A stretch of DNA of 56,807 nucleotides, the filler included, from Catajapyx aquilonaris (taxonomy: Eukaryota): the NCBI GenBank assembly GCA_000934665.2. It is 2 parts of 2 records of this genome, joined end to end, with 100 filler letters (N's around TTAATTAATTAA, not from the genome) between each part and the next. Parts side by side here need not be neighbours in the genome. Positions count along the whole stretch, not along the records: positions 1 to 28,348 come from JYFJ02004931.1; positions 28,449 to 56,807 come from JYFJ02004932.1. The stretch is one strand, 5' to 3'. Below are positions 13,849 to 29,475 of the stretch, one piece after another. The notes beneath the pieces were generated by a model. That model worked only from the letters and a program-made list of their open reading frames with translations, did not search any database and was not told where the DNA came from. Every line of letters begins with the position of its first letter. Positions within the stretch are counted from its first letter, which is position 1. The position numbers and the translations under genes are program-made.

Positions 13849-14547
13849 AATCATCTTCCTGTGTGTGCAGTGTAAAACGGAAATTGGGTTTGTGAAGAAG
13901 ATTTCTCGCCCCTCTTCACTGCAGCTGCATGGTGTTTATTTTTTACTTTACCCAAGAAGTACAAGTATGATATCTGAATGTGCAAGTATTTAGAGGAGGT
14001 AAAATGTTATCTTTGGCCGGTGCAGTCTAGTCTATTTGCATGTATTAAAATATGTGCGAATAAGTTTTCTATGTTTAAGAGGTTACATGTGAATGTGCCA
14101 AGGAATTGATACTTGCGTTTTTAGCAATGCAAGATTTATTACCTGTGTTTATTTTTTATTTTTTGCCCTAGATGCCAAATGTTATAAGAGAACTGGAAAA
14201 AAAATCTTTGAATTATAAGCATCATCTTGGTGGTCTATTAACATCTGTTCCTGTTTTCATATCTTGCTACCTGTGATCATGAAGTTGCATTCTAGGTTAC
14301 ACTTTTTCTCAGAGAAATTCAACACTTGTGTGATTTGCAATCGTAGCAAATGTTAATGCCAAAGCGCTACTAGAAGAAAGAGACTTGAGTGGATATAACT
14401 GCATTTAAAGTGAACTGTGGTGCCCTTTTTGTAGATAAAAAATATTTTCAACAATGATTTACATTTCATATCTCTTACTGCTCAGTAGTTTATTTATTTT
14501 TTAGTGAAGAAAGATGAAATATCCACAATTTTTATCTCAGTACTATA

Positions 14548-15300
14548 CAAGGTGTTTCAGAGTCACGGGTCAAGCGCGCGAGGGGGTGGGGAAAAATCGT
14601 AGGTGGCGACTACCCGTTTCGGTTTTATAAAACAATGAGAAATACGGCAGTAATCAATTTATTTATTACGGCCGTACGTCTCATCCTACTTTCTGTTCGA
14701 ACTGAGTGGCGCGGACTGGCAAATGCAAGGCAAAAGCATTGGGTTGAACCTGGTTGACAGGTTTTTAGCCTTGCGGGTTGCACTGAAAAAGGCACTCTCA
14801 TGCTACACCGGCAGGGTACTGAACACACTACTGTACAGTAGTACACTACTTTGTACAGTAGGCTACCCTGCCGGTGTAGCATGGGCAGGGTACTGAACAC
14901 ACTACTGTACAGTAGTACACTACTTTGTACAGTAGGCTACCCTGCCGGTGTAGCATGGGCAGGGTACTGAACACACTACTGTACAGTAGTACACTACTTT
15001 GTACAGTAGGCTACCCTGCCGGTGTAGCATGAGAGCGCCTTTTTCAGTGCAACCCGCAAGGCTAAAAACCTGTCAACCAGGTTCAACCCAATGCATTTGC
15101 CTTGCATTTGCCCCTCCGCGCCAGTCACTTCGAACAGAAAGTGGGAATGTGGGATGTGACGTCACTCCGTAAAGCCGTAATAAATAAATTGATTACTTCA
15201 TTATTTCTCATTGTTTTATAAAACCGACCTGGGTAGTCGCCACCTACGATTTTTCCCCACCCCCTCGCGCGCGCTTGACCCGTGACTCTGAAACACCCTG
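14548..15300. mobile_element. 753-bp palindromic Tc1/mariner-type MITE (family C) with a 3x74-bp tandem array at its centre
   Basis: TA|CAAGGTGTTTCAGAGTCACGGGTCAAGCGCGCG ... CGCGCGCTTGACCCGTGACTCTGAAACACCCTG|TA; second copy at 54923-55954. Confidence 0.9.
14810..15031. repeat. Three perfect tandem copies of a 74-bp unit
   Basis: Unit GGCAGGGTACTGAACACACTACTGTACAGTAG...CCCTGCCGGTGTAGCATG starts at 14810, 14884 and 14958. Confidence 0.95.
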
Positions 15301-16599
15301 TATACTTCCCAAAGTACTGATGATTCAGAAGTAATATAAAAGAGTACTAATGATCTTGGGCATGTATAATAATGCAACTGTGTGTTTTCTGCAGACATCC
15401 CCCAAGTGGGATTGATAGGTGAATGTGTCACCATGATATGACACTTGTACTGCCCAAGTTGAGCTATGGACACCATCAATATTATTTGATCAGTTACTTT
15501 TGAGTCAGTGGGTATAATCAAGTGCCTTAGGATTTGAAATGCAAATGAGTTTTGTTACAGGAAATGTCGAATATTGCTTCTTCTTTTCTCAATTTTTGGT
15601 ATAAATTCTCTACAGTTTATAGACTTTGATTGCAATGGATTAGCTTTCTGCAGATGAATTTAGGGATATCTGTACATCAGCAGTGTACATTAATTATGAG
15701 TGTTGCTGGTTGAATTTATGGAATGTGTATGTATAGTTACTATGTAAAAATGTGATGTTGATATCCCTAACATTTAATGGTGTGAAAGTAGAAAATAATT
15801 TTGTAAAGTGGGTAGTTGTTTGAGTCTATTAACTTCACAAATTCCTCTTTTTGAATATTTCAAAATGTATTGTAAGGTTAATAATTGTGAGTCCCAGTGT
15901 ATTTTACTAACAAGTAAACAAATTCAGGATAATGTATATGCTGTGTCTATGTATGTACTGTACCATGCAAAAGGAAATTAACTGTTATTGAATAAATAAA
16001 GAAGTGGAATGGACATACAGTATAGGCTAAGTGTGTCCGAAGAGCATTTAAGGGAGCAGCAGAGCAAGAATGGTTGAGGGAAGAGGGACCTTCTCATTTT
16101 TTCCACTTTGACAACTTTGGCTTTCTGCTGAGTATCAGAGGTAGCAAATGATGTGTTGGGAGCCATAAACACATGATGGCGTAAGTTAGTTGTAGGGGAT
16201 TCCCACAATATAAATGTTCGTGAACCTTGTGAAAACTTTTTTAGATACCGGTATTCATATTATCAGGAGATGATTGCTGCAAGTCATTGTTTCATATGTG
16301 GCCAGACCTGTGCTGTACCGGGGATTATTTACATTGTTAGCAATTCCTGGCTGTACTCTATCTAAGAGTACTAAGACATGATCCAAACCACGATCCAAAC
16401 TTAGACCGGTTGCTGGATGAAGCGGGAAAATGGACATGCAGATCCGAGTATAGGTCGATAGAGATGGCAGAGAAAACGGTTGGTTGGTTTCAGGGGGAGG
16501 GGCAGGGGGAGGGGGGAACTGAATGGGGTGTGGAGGTAATTAAATATAACGTAAAATAATCGAAAATAATAAAAGACCACGGAATAAATGTGAGTTGCC

Positions 16600-16990
16600 A
16601 TACTAAAGAAGCTTAACGTCTCAAATAGTCGCTCTTCCTGAAAACGCCGCTCTACGCCACATTCGCTGTTGATCCATGAATTCCGCTAATTCATCCACAT
16701 GACCACGTAACGATCCATACGTGATCCATCCTGTACGAAATCCGCTCACAAATAAGGTCAAATAAATGCACGCATATTCATGATAGTTTGCGGAGGAGTG
16801 GATATGAAGGCAATCAGGAATTGCGCAATCAGTGGGAAAGAGGGAAAGAGTGATAGTGATGTCGCTGTTCCTGTAAATAACTGCTACGTGATATTACTTG
16901 GTATAGAAAACTAATATTGAGTAGGCGTGACCATGTAATGGAGTAACGACAACAGAGCTGCGGGTAAGACACGAAGGTGTTTGATTGGTG
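16600..16990 (+). promoter_or_regulatory. Candidate CpG-containing promoter/first non-coding exon of the GCP2 gene
   Basis: Local CpG enrichment and a donor-like GCGG|GTAAGA near 16963; the acceptor before the GCP2 ATG requires an upstream exon. Confidence 0.35.
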
Positions 16991-18249
16991 GTTTTTAAGT
17001 ATGGTGGAGGTGACTGGATGTGCTGGATGCTTGGAGCGCAGCTTGACGGACTCTGGATACTGACATGCCCTGGAATATGGTGCTAGATGAAGTTTTTCAC
17101 TATGCCCATGGAGATCAATCGCAAAGCTGTCATAAGTATCTGTCCTGAAGTGAAGGAGATACAAAATATGCCTGTGTTTCCCCTAACCTTGGGCCTGCAG
17201 TCCTTCATGTGCAGTTTCAGCAGTGGCTTCAGAGGGCTGGGCAGGCCACAAGCTGGGAACGAGGAAGGTCTGTTTCACGAAGGAAAGCTCAGGGTGGAAC
17301 ACTTCGTAGCAATGTCTTGCACCGCCTTCCCCACTTCCCAACCCGTCACTCCTGAGTTGTTCCCAGTGGCATTTTGACATTTTGATCATTTGTAATGGTG
17401 GATGTTGAATTAGAAGATGCTGGTTTCCATTTCCTTTCTGAACCCGGCATTTTCCATTTAGGAACACTTCTGCAGTGCACACTCATGAAGGGCTGCTGCC
17501 ACCATTCCGTGCAGTTGTTTGGCAGCAACTAGGTGATCAAGCAGCGTCATTCTTGTAATCATTATTCGGAGAATTGGTTCCAGGTTAGTGCTTGCCTGAT
17601 TGGAAAGCAACAGTTACAATTATTGCATTTGGGATTGGCTGAATATCAGGAAATCACTCTCAGGTTGAAAAGGTTTACATGGGAAAAATTCTGTTCAGCC
17701 GATACACTTGCTGCACAGTTTTGATCTCTCATCCATGGTGTATTCATCAATGCTGAGAAAAATGGCCTTGATATAGTCAGAGTCAATATTTCTGCATTTT
17801 AGTGACTTTTTGCAGATGCCAGATCACCTGAGATCATCTATTGATTCTAGACATCAATCCCATATCATCAAATAGGGTTGGCCTTTCATTTGCACCATTG
17901 ATAGTTGTGACAAAAGCATAGCTGGTGATAATCATTTATTATCTGCTAACATGAGAGATTTGTGTAGACACTTGTTTGGTTTAGTTTATTGGGGAGGCTA
18001 GAAGGCGTAGGAGAGGGAAGGAGGGGAGAAGAGACACCTCTTATGGTGGAGAGTTTAGTGCATCGACAAACCTATTTCAGAGTACAGGTTATCCGAATAC
18101 AAAGTCTGGATACCAGTGAGCTAAAGGATCAATTCAAATTTTCACATTTGATTTATTCCATTCCTGCCAATTCATAAATTATTATGAAAACATCCACATC
18201 AATTGAATCTCAGCCTAACTTTAGAATAATTGCTTTTCAGCACCTCACC

Positions 18250-21200
18250 ATGGCAGACATCAAGATGGCGAAAGAAGTGAAACATTTGGCCACTCTTCTC
18301 TCTGGCAATCAGCCAATTCATTCTGGTCAACTTCCTGAATACCTTCAGGGTCTCCAAATTCTAGACGCACCTCCCCTTGCCGCTGCAGAATCAGCTCGAG
18401 AGTCTCTCTTGCAGACTGTTCATGAACCTGAACACTTTTCTACCCAGCTCACCAACTTGGAGCATGTGAAGGCTCCAGGGCTCGCTTCAGTTCTGGCATT
18501 TATGGGCAGGTTGAGTGAAGATGAGAATGTGGCCAAGTTTCTGAAAGAAAATGCATATGCCACCAGTTCATCCCATCTGTCTGCAACCTCTGAAACATCA
18601 CTTATTAGTACAGGAAGTGAATCCAAGTTATCAAGTGAGGATGTCAACCGCATCCTACGTAACAAGCTCAAAAAGGGAACTCAATCATTGTCCCAAACAG
18701 GGCGATTGGGAAAGCCCTTTCATCTGGAATCAGTGACTGGGCGTGATCGGAAAAAAACTGATTATATACCTGTCATGCCAGAATGGGTATCACGCCGTCC
18801 ATTTTTGACTCTGGGATTTTTAGAGGAAGGATCTCTCACTGAACATGGCCCATTAGACCTGATCCCACCTTCATCTCAGGAGCGTGCTTTAATTGATGAT
18901 CTATTGCACTGCATGTCTGGGGTAGATGGAGGGCATATATCAGTTCGAGCTGACCTCAAATCAGTGGAAGTGACAGACAGAGTTGACCCTTCTCTACGAG
19001 ATATGGTGGCTTGTGTGGCACCTGTAGCTCTGCACTATGCCACTGTGATGAGATTTGTAGAAGATCAATTTGTATTCAAATCAGGATTGGTGCTGAATGC
19101 TCTGGGGGCAGCCATGCGGACCCTGCTTAAGGATTATCTTGTGTTTGTCACACAACTTGAGACTCAGCATCGCAGGTAAGAGCAATTAATATTTTCTGCA
19201 GTCAAAGGGAATAATAAGCAATCAGCTTTTCTTTAACTTGAATCAGAGGGGTTGTAGCTGCCTAATATTTTTCTCCAGAGTAACTTGTTTGCTGATGCAG
19301 TTCAACCCTAGTAAGAACTGCAGGGGTTCAAAATAAGGGAATTTTGTCTTTTGTGAGTTTGTAATATCAAATCATCACAATTTCCCCCTGCCTCATAGTG
19401 GCTGCTCCACCACAGCTGTGAGCCACTTTTACCAGCATGCAGGGAAGAATTAGTGAAAATAGGCCCCTCCCCACCCGTACATAACTGTGTCGTGTGATTA
19501 AGGTATATAGTCTGGTGACCCGGGGTAGCTTGCCCCCTGGGGTAACTGGTTGTTTACTGCTATCCTTTTACACATGTTGCCATGGTGATTGCCCGCGGGC
19601 AAGCTTACCCGGGGTCATCAGACTAGGGGCCTAAAGCAAACTGAATTATGAATCGCTTGCCAACAAAACAGCCTGATTAATACAGAATAATTTCTTCATT
19701 TCAGAGGTGAGCTCACCCTACAAAAAATGGTTTTCTACTCAAAGCCAGCCCTCCACACCATGCAAGTTCTGGCAGACTTAATTCTTGCAGCCCATTCAGT
19801 TCGTCACAGTGGAGCTGTTCTGAGCATACTTCACGAGCGCACATGTGCCATGGTTGGTGACCCTAAAGCCCAGGCGATCATGGTATTCCTCACCCAGGCA
19901 GCTGCTCAACCCTTTCTGGAGATGCTTGAAAAGTGGATTTACAAGGGCATCATTGTAGATCCCTACCAAGAGTTTTTATTGGAGGACACAGATGTATTGT
20001 CCAACATCCCTACACAAACTGCAGATGACTACTGGGAGAAGCGGTATGTTGTTCGCCCTGAGAGAACGCCAGTCTTCCTGGAGCGAGTTGCAATCAAGAT
20101 CCTGAAGACTGGGAAGTATCTCAATGTGATGCGTCAGTGTGGGAAGAGTGTAGCTGCTACAAATACTGAGCGCATTGTTTATAACATTAATGAACAGACC
20201 TATATGAAATCAATTGAGAAGGCATATAGCACAGCATCAAAGACATTGTTAGACTTGCTTATGACAGAACAGGACTTAATGTCTCGCCTACGTTCAGTGA
20301 AACACTACTTTTTGTTGGATCAGGGTGACTTTGTGGTGCAATTCATGGACCTCTGTGAATCAGAGCTAATGAAGAACATAGATGACATTGTTCCATCCAG
20401 ACTAGAGTCACTCCTCGAGTTGGCGTTGCGGACATCTGGAGCACGGGTTGACCCATACAAGGACCTTGTACGTGTGGAACTTCTTCCATACGATCTGGGG
20501 ACCCAAATGTTTCGAATTTTGAGCATATCCACACAAAATGAGGGCTTCACATCCTACTCAGGGATGTTGACTGGGATTCGTGCCTTCTCTTTTGGGTATG
20601 TATCAGGGTAATTTCCTTTTGTTTTGTTTAATGTGTCTTTGACTTTCTAGGACGCTTATAGTTATGCAAAGTTATTGTGAGGCCCAGGCAGGTAATGCAA
20701 CTTGTTTAATTAATGTTTTGCTGACCTCTAAAGGGAAAATGAATGATCATAGTGTCTGATAAATGAGGTCCTACCCTTGGTCTGGGATTTATGAAATTTG
20801 TACACAAATAGATCAACCAAACCTTTAAACATGCATTACACCACTTTTTAGCGCCAAAATGTAATCCCTTATGAAGATTTACCTTATATATTATTGTTGT
20901 TAAAAGACTTTGACGTCCGTCGAATTAATAATAATTCCTTTTTTATGTCAGGTATGAAGTGCAGTGGCCTGTTTCACTGATCCTGAACTACAAGGTGTTG
21001 GCCTGTTACCAGATGATGTTTCGCCACCTGTTCTATTGCAAGCATGTTGAGAGGGTTTTGTGTTTGATATGGACTCGCAACAAGGGCCACAAACTGGCTT
21101 GCCTGACATCTGAGAGCCATGAAGCTGGATTTGCCTTGCTACAGCAGATGATCAACTTTGTGCAGAACTTGGAGTATTATATGACCTTTGAAGTACTGGA

Positions 21201-21609
21201 ACCGTACTGGCATTTGTTTTTGGTTCGGATTGAGAAGGTTCAAAATGTAGATGATGTGATTGCATGCCACACAGACTTTGTAGACTCATGCCTCAAGGAT
21301 TGCATGCTGACCAATCCACAGTTATTGAAGACTGTTACTAAATTACTGGACATGTGTGTGGACTTGTGTATGTATGTGGCACAGGCTGTCAGCACAAAAG
21401 ATGAAGATATGGGGCTGCAACTAGCAAGGTATAAAAGGGAGTTCAATGAAGGTGTCACTGATCTACTTCAGAAAATCGCACACCTGGGGAAGGAGAAGTA
21501 CAGTGACAAGCTCATAAATATTCTGCACCGGCTGGACTTCAATGGCTTTTACACCAGGAAGGCGAGATATGAGTCTGAGCTGGGGGAATTATTGTCCATG
21601 GACTCTTGA
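18250..21609 (+). CDS. TUBGCP2: Gamma-tubulin complex component 2 (GCP2/Spc97 family), 824 aa
   Basis: Exons 18250-19175, 19705-20595, 20952-21609 (2475 nt, in frame). The ATG is in a CACCATGG context just after an acceptor (ttttcag, 18240), implying an upstream 5'UTR exon. Motifs QERALIDDLL, LEKWIYKGIIVDPYQEF, DDYWEKRY, KILKTGKYLNVMRQCG, LRSVKHYFLLDQGDF, FSFGYEVQWPVSLILN, YQMMFRHLFYCKHVER, RLDFNGFY. AATAAA at 21661-21666. Confidence 0.93.
19498..19634. mobile_element. Short palindromic MITE, PIF/Harbinger-like, in GCP2 intron 1
   Basis: TAGTCTGGTGACCCGGGGTAGCTTGCCC ... GGGCAAGCTTACCCGGGGTCATCAGACTA; outer GGCC-TAA end. Confidence 0.6.
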
Positions 21610-21744
21610 TTCTCACATGATTTTGTTTTATTCCTATTAAATTTTTTGTATCTAGTAATTAATAAAGTTATGCTCTTGTTTTTTTTCCATATAGAACTGT
21701 GGCTTTTTATATTTAACTAGCAGTCGACATTGTCCAGGTATTAA

Positions 21745-22220
21745 CCCTTAACTACGTAGGTGGGTGAAACACCTTTAACTACGTAGGTGGAGCCTGAGAG
21801 GCTCCAATGGTATATTTAAATTTCTGTTTATCGACTAAATTGTTATATTGGACCTTTCACATACAGAAAGTGCAGTTCAGATCATGAGGCTTCTGAAACG
21901 TAAAAATCACACGCTGAGTCAGCATATTCCGACAGGAAAAAATTTTTAATTAAAAGGTTACATCATGTGTTTGAGCCGCTCAGGCTTCACCTGAGATGTA
22001 GAGCCTGAGCAGGCTCGGTTCCAGGAGGGACCTGTTCCTCGTTACGAATTTTTTTAAACCAAAGAATAGGGACTAAAAAATTTTTTCTTTACTTTTCATG
22101 CTTAGGAAGGTTTTTCTGACAAAGTCACGGAAGGACAGGGGTAAATAAAATTCAATGAAAAAGTTACATGCGTTTAAATAGTGCTTGGAGCCTCTCAGGC
22201 TCCACCTACGTAGTTAAGGC
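21745..22220. mobile_element. piggyBac-type non-autonomous element (TTAA TSD)
   Basis: TTAA|CCCTTAACTACGTAGGTGG ... CCACCTACGTAGTTAAGGC|TTAA; internal GAGCCTGAG(C)AGGCTC repeats. Confidence 0.8.
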
Positions 22221-22527
22221 TTAAGCACTCTGTTGATGACCTCATGGTTGTTGCCAAAATGCTGCCACCAATACACGTGTTTTGAGGTTTTAAAACACTT
22301 TAGATCTTCATGAAAAATTGATATCTCTGGTCCCTGAACTATTCTGAAAGTTGTCAACAATTTTGACTCTGACTATGACTTTGGATGACCTGAGAATCAC
22401 CCCCAGGTGTGCCTCTCTGCAGCACTGTCCTACCAGTACTCTGGCTGTATCTGAGCAATGGACATTGGATATTTTCAAATTTTCAATGTTGAAAAAAAAA
22501 TGTTAATGTATGACGATGGATGTATAT

Positions 22528-22828
22528 ACAGCAGGGACAAGATCACTTATGGGTTTAGGCGGTCGGCGATCTTTGCGTTTTATAAATTCCCTGGACACTT
22601 TCCAAAAAACAAAAGTTTATTGCAAATATAGGACATGCAGGCTAAATTTTGACATCACTTTCAATGCTTCAGGCAGTACACAGCGGGAGGAATCGCCATC
22701 ACAGTAGGGTATTAATAATATAGAAGATTCCATACTAAAAACTCAGGAGGGGGCAGGGCTAATTATGCTAAGGACAAGGACACAAGCCACCTCCCAAAAC
22801 CCCTAAGTTATCTTGTCCCTAATACTGG
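22528..22828. mobile_element. Degenerate TIR element
   Basis: AGGGACAAGATCACTTATGGGTTT is inverted as AAACCCCTAAGTTATCTTGTCCCT. Confidence 0.5.
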
Positions 22829-23039
22829 TACAATAGGAATAGGCTATACTAAATTCTATTTTCTTCACGGCCTCGATCCCTTTCAGGGGTGGCCAGCGAT
22901 ATCCAGATACATGCATCTGTACAATCTGTTACAATAGGCAATAAGTTATATTTTAGTTTTAGTTACATTTTAGAATTTGCGAAATCATCCCATTCCACTA
23001 CAATACAATTTGGTTTCGTTTTACAACTTTTCACTTAAC

Positions 23040-23456
23040 GATCCGGTAAAATCGAATCTCCCTCCGCTGTGAGGCCATCTGGCGCACTGCACAGAGCCAC
23101 ATTAACTAGGCCAAATTAGATGAATGACCACCATATACCGAAAAAACATGATTTTTTAAAATATCATGGAATAAGATTCTATCCAGAAAGGTGTGTTTGT
23201 TTCTGCGCTGAGACTTGGCCTGGTGTGACGTCACCCGAGGCTGTATGACGCATGTGCGGTGACGTATTCGTTGTTCCCTCTCACCTTCGTTTGCGCCATC
23301 TCTACATTGCATAAGTTCCTTCGCATCCGTCGATCACCCCTTTTCCCACTGGGAGCTATCCCAGGTCGAGGGCGGGCATTGCATTGCTCCTAGTCATCGT
23401 CACGCGCCGGGACCCCGGGACCAAGCCACTGCCTCCCCAGGCCCAAAGACACCACC
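23040..23456 (+). promoter_or_regulatory. CpG-rich promoter/5'UTR of the PRELID3-like gene
   Basis: CpG-rich patch in otherwise CpG-poor DNA, directly upstream of the ATG; palindromic CRE TGACGTCA at 23226-23233 and a TGACGT half-site near 23260. Confidence 0.55.
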
Positions 23457-27254
<3,798 letters not shown>

Positions 27255-27962
27255 GTGAGTTTCGTTTCATAGGTCTTTTAAAATTTATGCTGTCAGTTTT
27301 CCTCTGGGCATTATTTACAGATTCATGCACCGTGTATGTATTGTGCTTGGGTTCAGTCAGAATTTATAAGGGTGGGTGGGGGGGGGGGGNGGGGTGTGTG
27401 TGTGTGTTATGTGAGGGTAGAATGAAGGGGTTCAATAATTTCTAATAAGGCTTACTGGTACATAGTTAGAGGGTGTAATAAATAATAGTATTTTTGATTG
27501 CACCTGTTGACACGGCCACTTTACCTATGCCATGGGAATCCATGGCTTTTTCTTCTAAACAACCTCCCAGTCAGTCTTAATAGTGTGTTGCATCATTCTT
27601 TGAATTTAATTTGTTGCAGGAGACTGTTTGAACTCGGAATTGTTTGAAATTCAAATCAATTTTCCCCATTAGAAATAATGTGAAGTGAATGAATCCATTT
27701 TCAGACCCTAAACAATACCCATTGCGATAAATTTAAACAGCAAATTGTAATACGCATAATTTAAGATAAAAAAGAACACATGCTACACCACACCTTTATC
27801 AAGGTGGAGGTATTTTATGAGTTGGGAGGAATATTTAATCTACATCATGGTTTTGAGCTGAGTACCTCATTTTAGAGAATAGTGGAAGGCGTGCTATTCA
27901 TGTGACAGAAGCGATCCACATGTATAATATATTCACCCAAGCCTTTTATTTTTATATGTTAA

Positions 27963-28000
27963 CTAGAAAAACCCTCGCTTCGCTCGCTTTTTTCTAATCC
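27963..28000 (-). mobile_element. Helitron-like 3' end
   Basis: Minus strand reads TAGAAAAAAGCGAGCGAAGCGAGGGTTTTTCTAG|T, i.e. a hairpin followed by CTAG before T. Confidence 0.5.
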
Positions 28001-28348
28001 TACAGCCTAGAGCACCTACCATATTTTAAATAGCTTCAGATTTATAGCCAAAGATGCTTGATGCCCATCCCCCAATCATATGCATACATCCCCACCCATT
28101 CCTCTGTGCATTCACATATCAGTGATTCCGCACCCTGCGACTCACCTGGAATCCTACCTTTACTTTGCATTGGCTGGGAAATATGCATTTTGCCACCTCA
28201 ACATACCAATACCTTTTGAATTTTAAAAAACCCCAATTATTGTATGAACATAAATTCACAACCTCTACCTCTTCTACTCGCATGCACTCGTGCACACTTT
28301 CCGACCACGTTTTTCTAACTGCTCATAACCCGGGTGGGGGGGGGGGGG

Positions 28349-28448
28349 NNNNNNNNNNNNNNNNNNNNNNNNNNNNNNNNNNNNNNNNNNNNTTAATTAA
28401 TTAANNNNNNNNNNNNNNNNNNNNNNNNNNNNNNNNNNNNNNNNNNNN
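28349..28448. other. Artificial 100-nt assembly/concatenation spacer
   Basis: Exactly 44 N + TTAATTAATTAA (stop codons in all six frames) + 44 N. Confidence 0.95.
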
Positions 28449-28501
28449 GGGGGAAATCAGGTAACGAACCCCCCCAAACAAAAATCCTGCGTACGGCCTT
28501 G

Positions 28502-29137
28502 GCTAGTAGTATCTCTGATGAGTATAGGCCCTTTCATGGCTACTTTTCATGCAGAGTAGTTAGTAGTCAGTATGCATATGGTGGGCAGGAGAGTATTTTA
28601 TGCAAGTCTCCCAGGGCTATGGATTCGTCCAAGTATGGATAACTCTCCGTTCTCCTTTTTCCTCATCAAGGAAGGAACTGCACCAGTTGAAATTGTCCAT
28701 TGGATGCAGAAGGTCCATGGGAATGTCTGTTTAAACCACAAGACTCTCTTCAAAAGGTATAGGGAATTTCTGTCCAGACTTGTGTGCATGGTGGACCTTT
28801 CGAGAAAACATTTCCTTAGTGGTTTTATGCCCCAAATGGTGTTGTTGAAGCAGGCTTTCCCACACGCCCTTGGCATCCAATGGACAATGTCCACTGGTGG
28901 AGTTCTTTCCTTGATGAGGAAAAAGGATGAATGCGAATTGTGCCTCCTTGAACGAATCCATAGCTCTGGGAGACTTGCATAAAATGCTCTCCCTCCCACT
29001 ACATGCATACTGACTTCTAACTACTCTGCATGAAAATTAGCCATGCAAGTGTCTACTCAGAGATACCATTAGCACTCAGCTGAGACAAATAGCTCTTGAG
29101 ATATTGCCTCACTTTATGTTTCATTTGAACACACTTA
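28502..29137. mobile_element. Mariner-derived 5'-5' foldback, left terminus missing
   Basis: Inverted arms span 28502-29073. Mirror ORFs 28572-28982(+) and 28598-29008(-) both encode FLIKEG/R.T.PV.IVHWM..V/A.G..C.N, a mariner HTH1-like sequence. The right end reads TTTCATTTGAACACACTTA|TA. Confidence 0.75.
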
Positions 29138-29276
29138 TATACACATTAATACATCAACAAAAACAAATACCAATAAAATGAAAGTTATAACAGTAGAGTA
29201 CTGTACTGTACTACTAAAATACGGTATGCATTGGATTCTTTAGAATTTATTATTTGTATTTCACATCTATTTAATA

Positions 29277-29475
29277 CTAGTAACGGACCCGTGGCCAAAT
29301 TTTGGCAACACTGCTTGCCCCCCCCCCCCATTTGGACGTAGTACGATAGCCCACTGCCAGTTGGCGCATATAGGCTCTCCCTCTGCACACTCCTGCCACT
29401 CTCATGGAGAAAGGAGTACTACATGCACGTTGGTGATGAGTCACTTCGCGGACAAAGTCCACCAGGGCGCTATAC
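29277..29475 (-). mobile_element. Helitron-like 3' segment
   Basis: Minus strand ends GGCCACGGGTCCGTTACTAG|T; homologous, in inverted orientation, to 32354-33175. Confidence 0.55.

Noticed and set aside
14810..15031. CRISPR-like repeat array
   Set aside because: The units are fully identical with no unique spacers, there are no cas genes, and the context is a eukaryotic MITE.
16829..17530. Several 60-110 aa ORFs between ABCA2 and GCP2
   Set aside because: No recognisable motifs or consistent splice structure; probably 5'UTR/intron sequence.
18184..18249. N-terminal extension MKTSTS... of the GCP2 ORF
   Set aside because: Lies upstream of a clear splice acceptor at 18240; the ATG at 18250 has a strong Kozak context.
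28393..28404. TTAATTAATTAA as a piggyBac target or regulatory site
   Set aside because: Centred exactly within an N run; synthetic linker.
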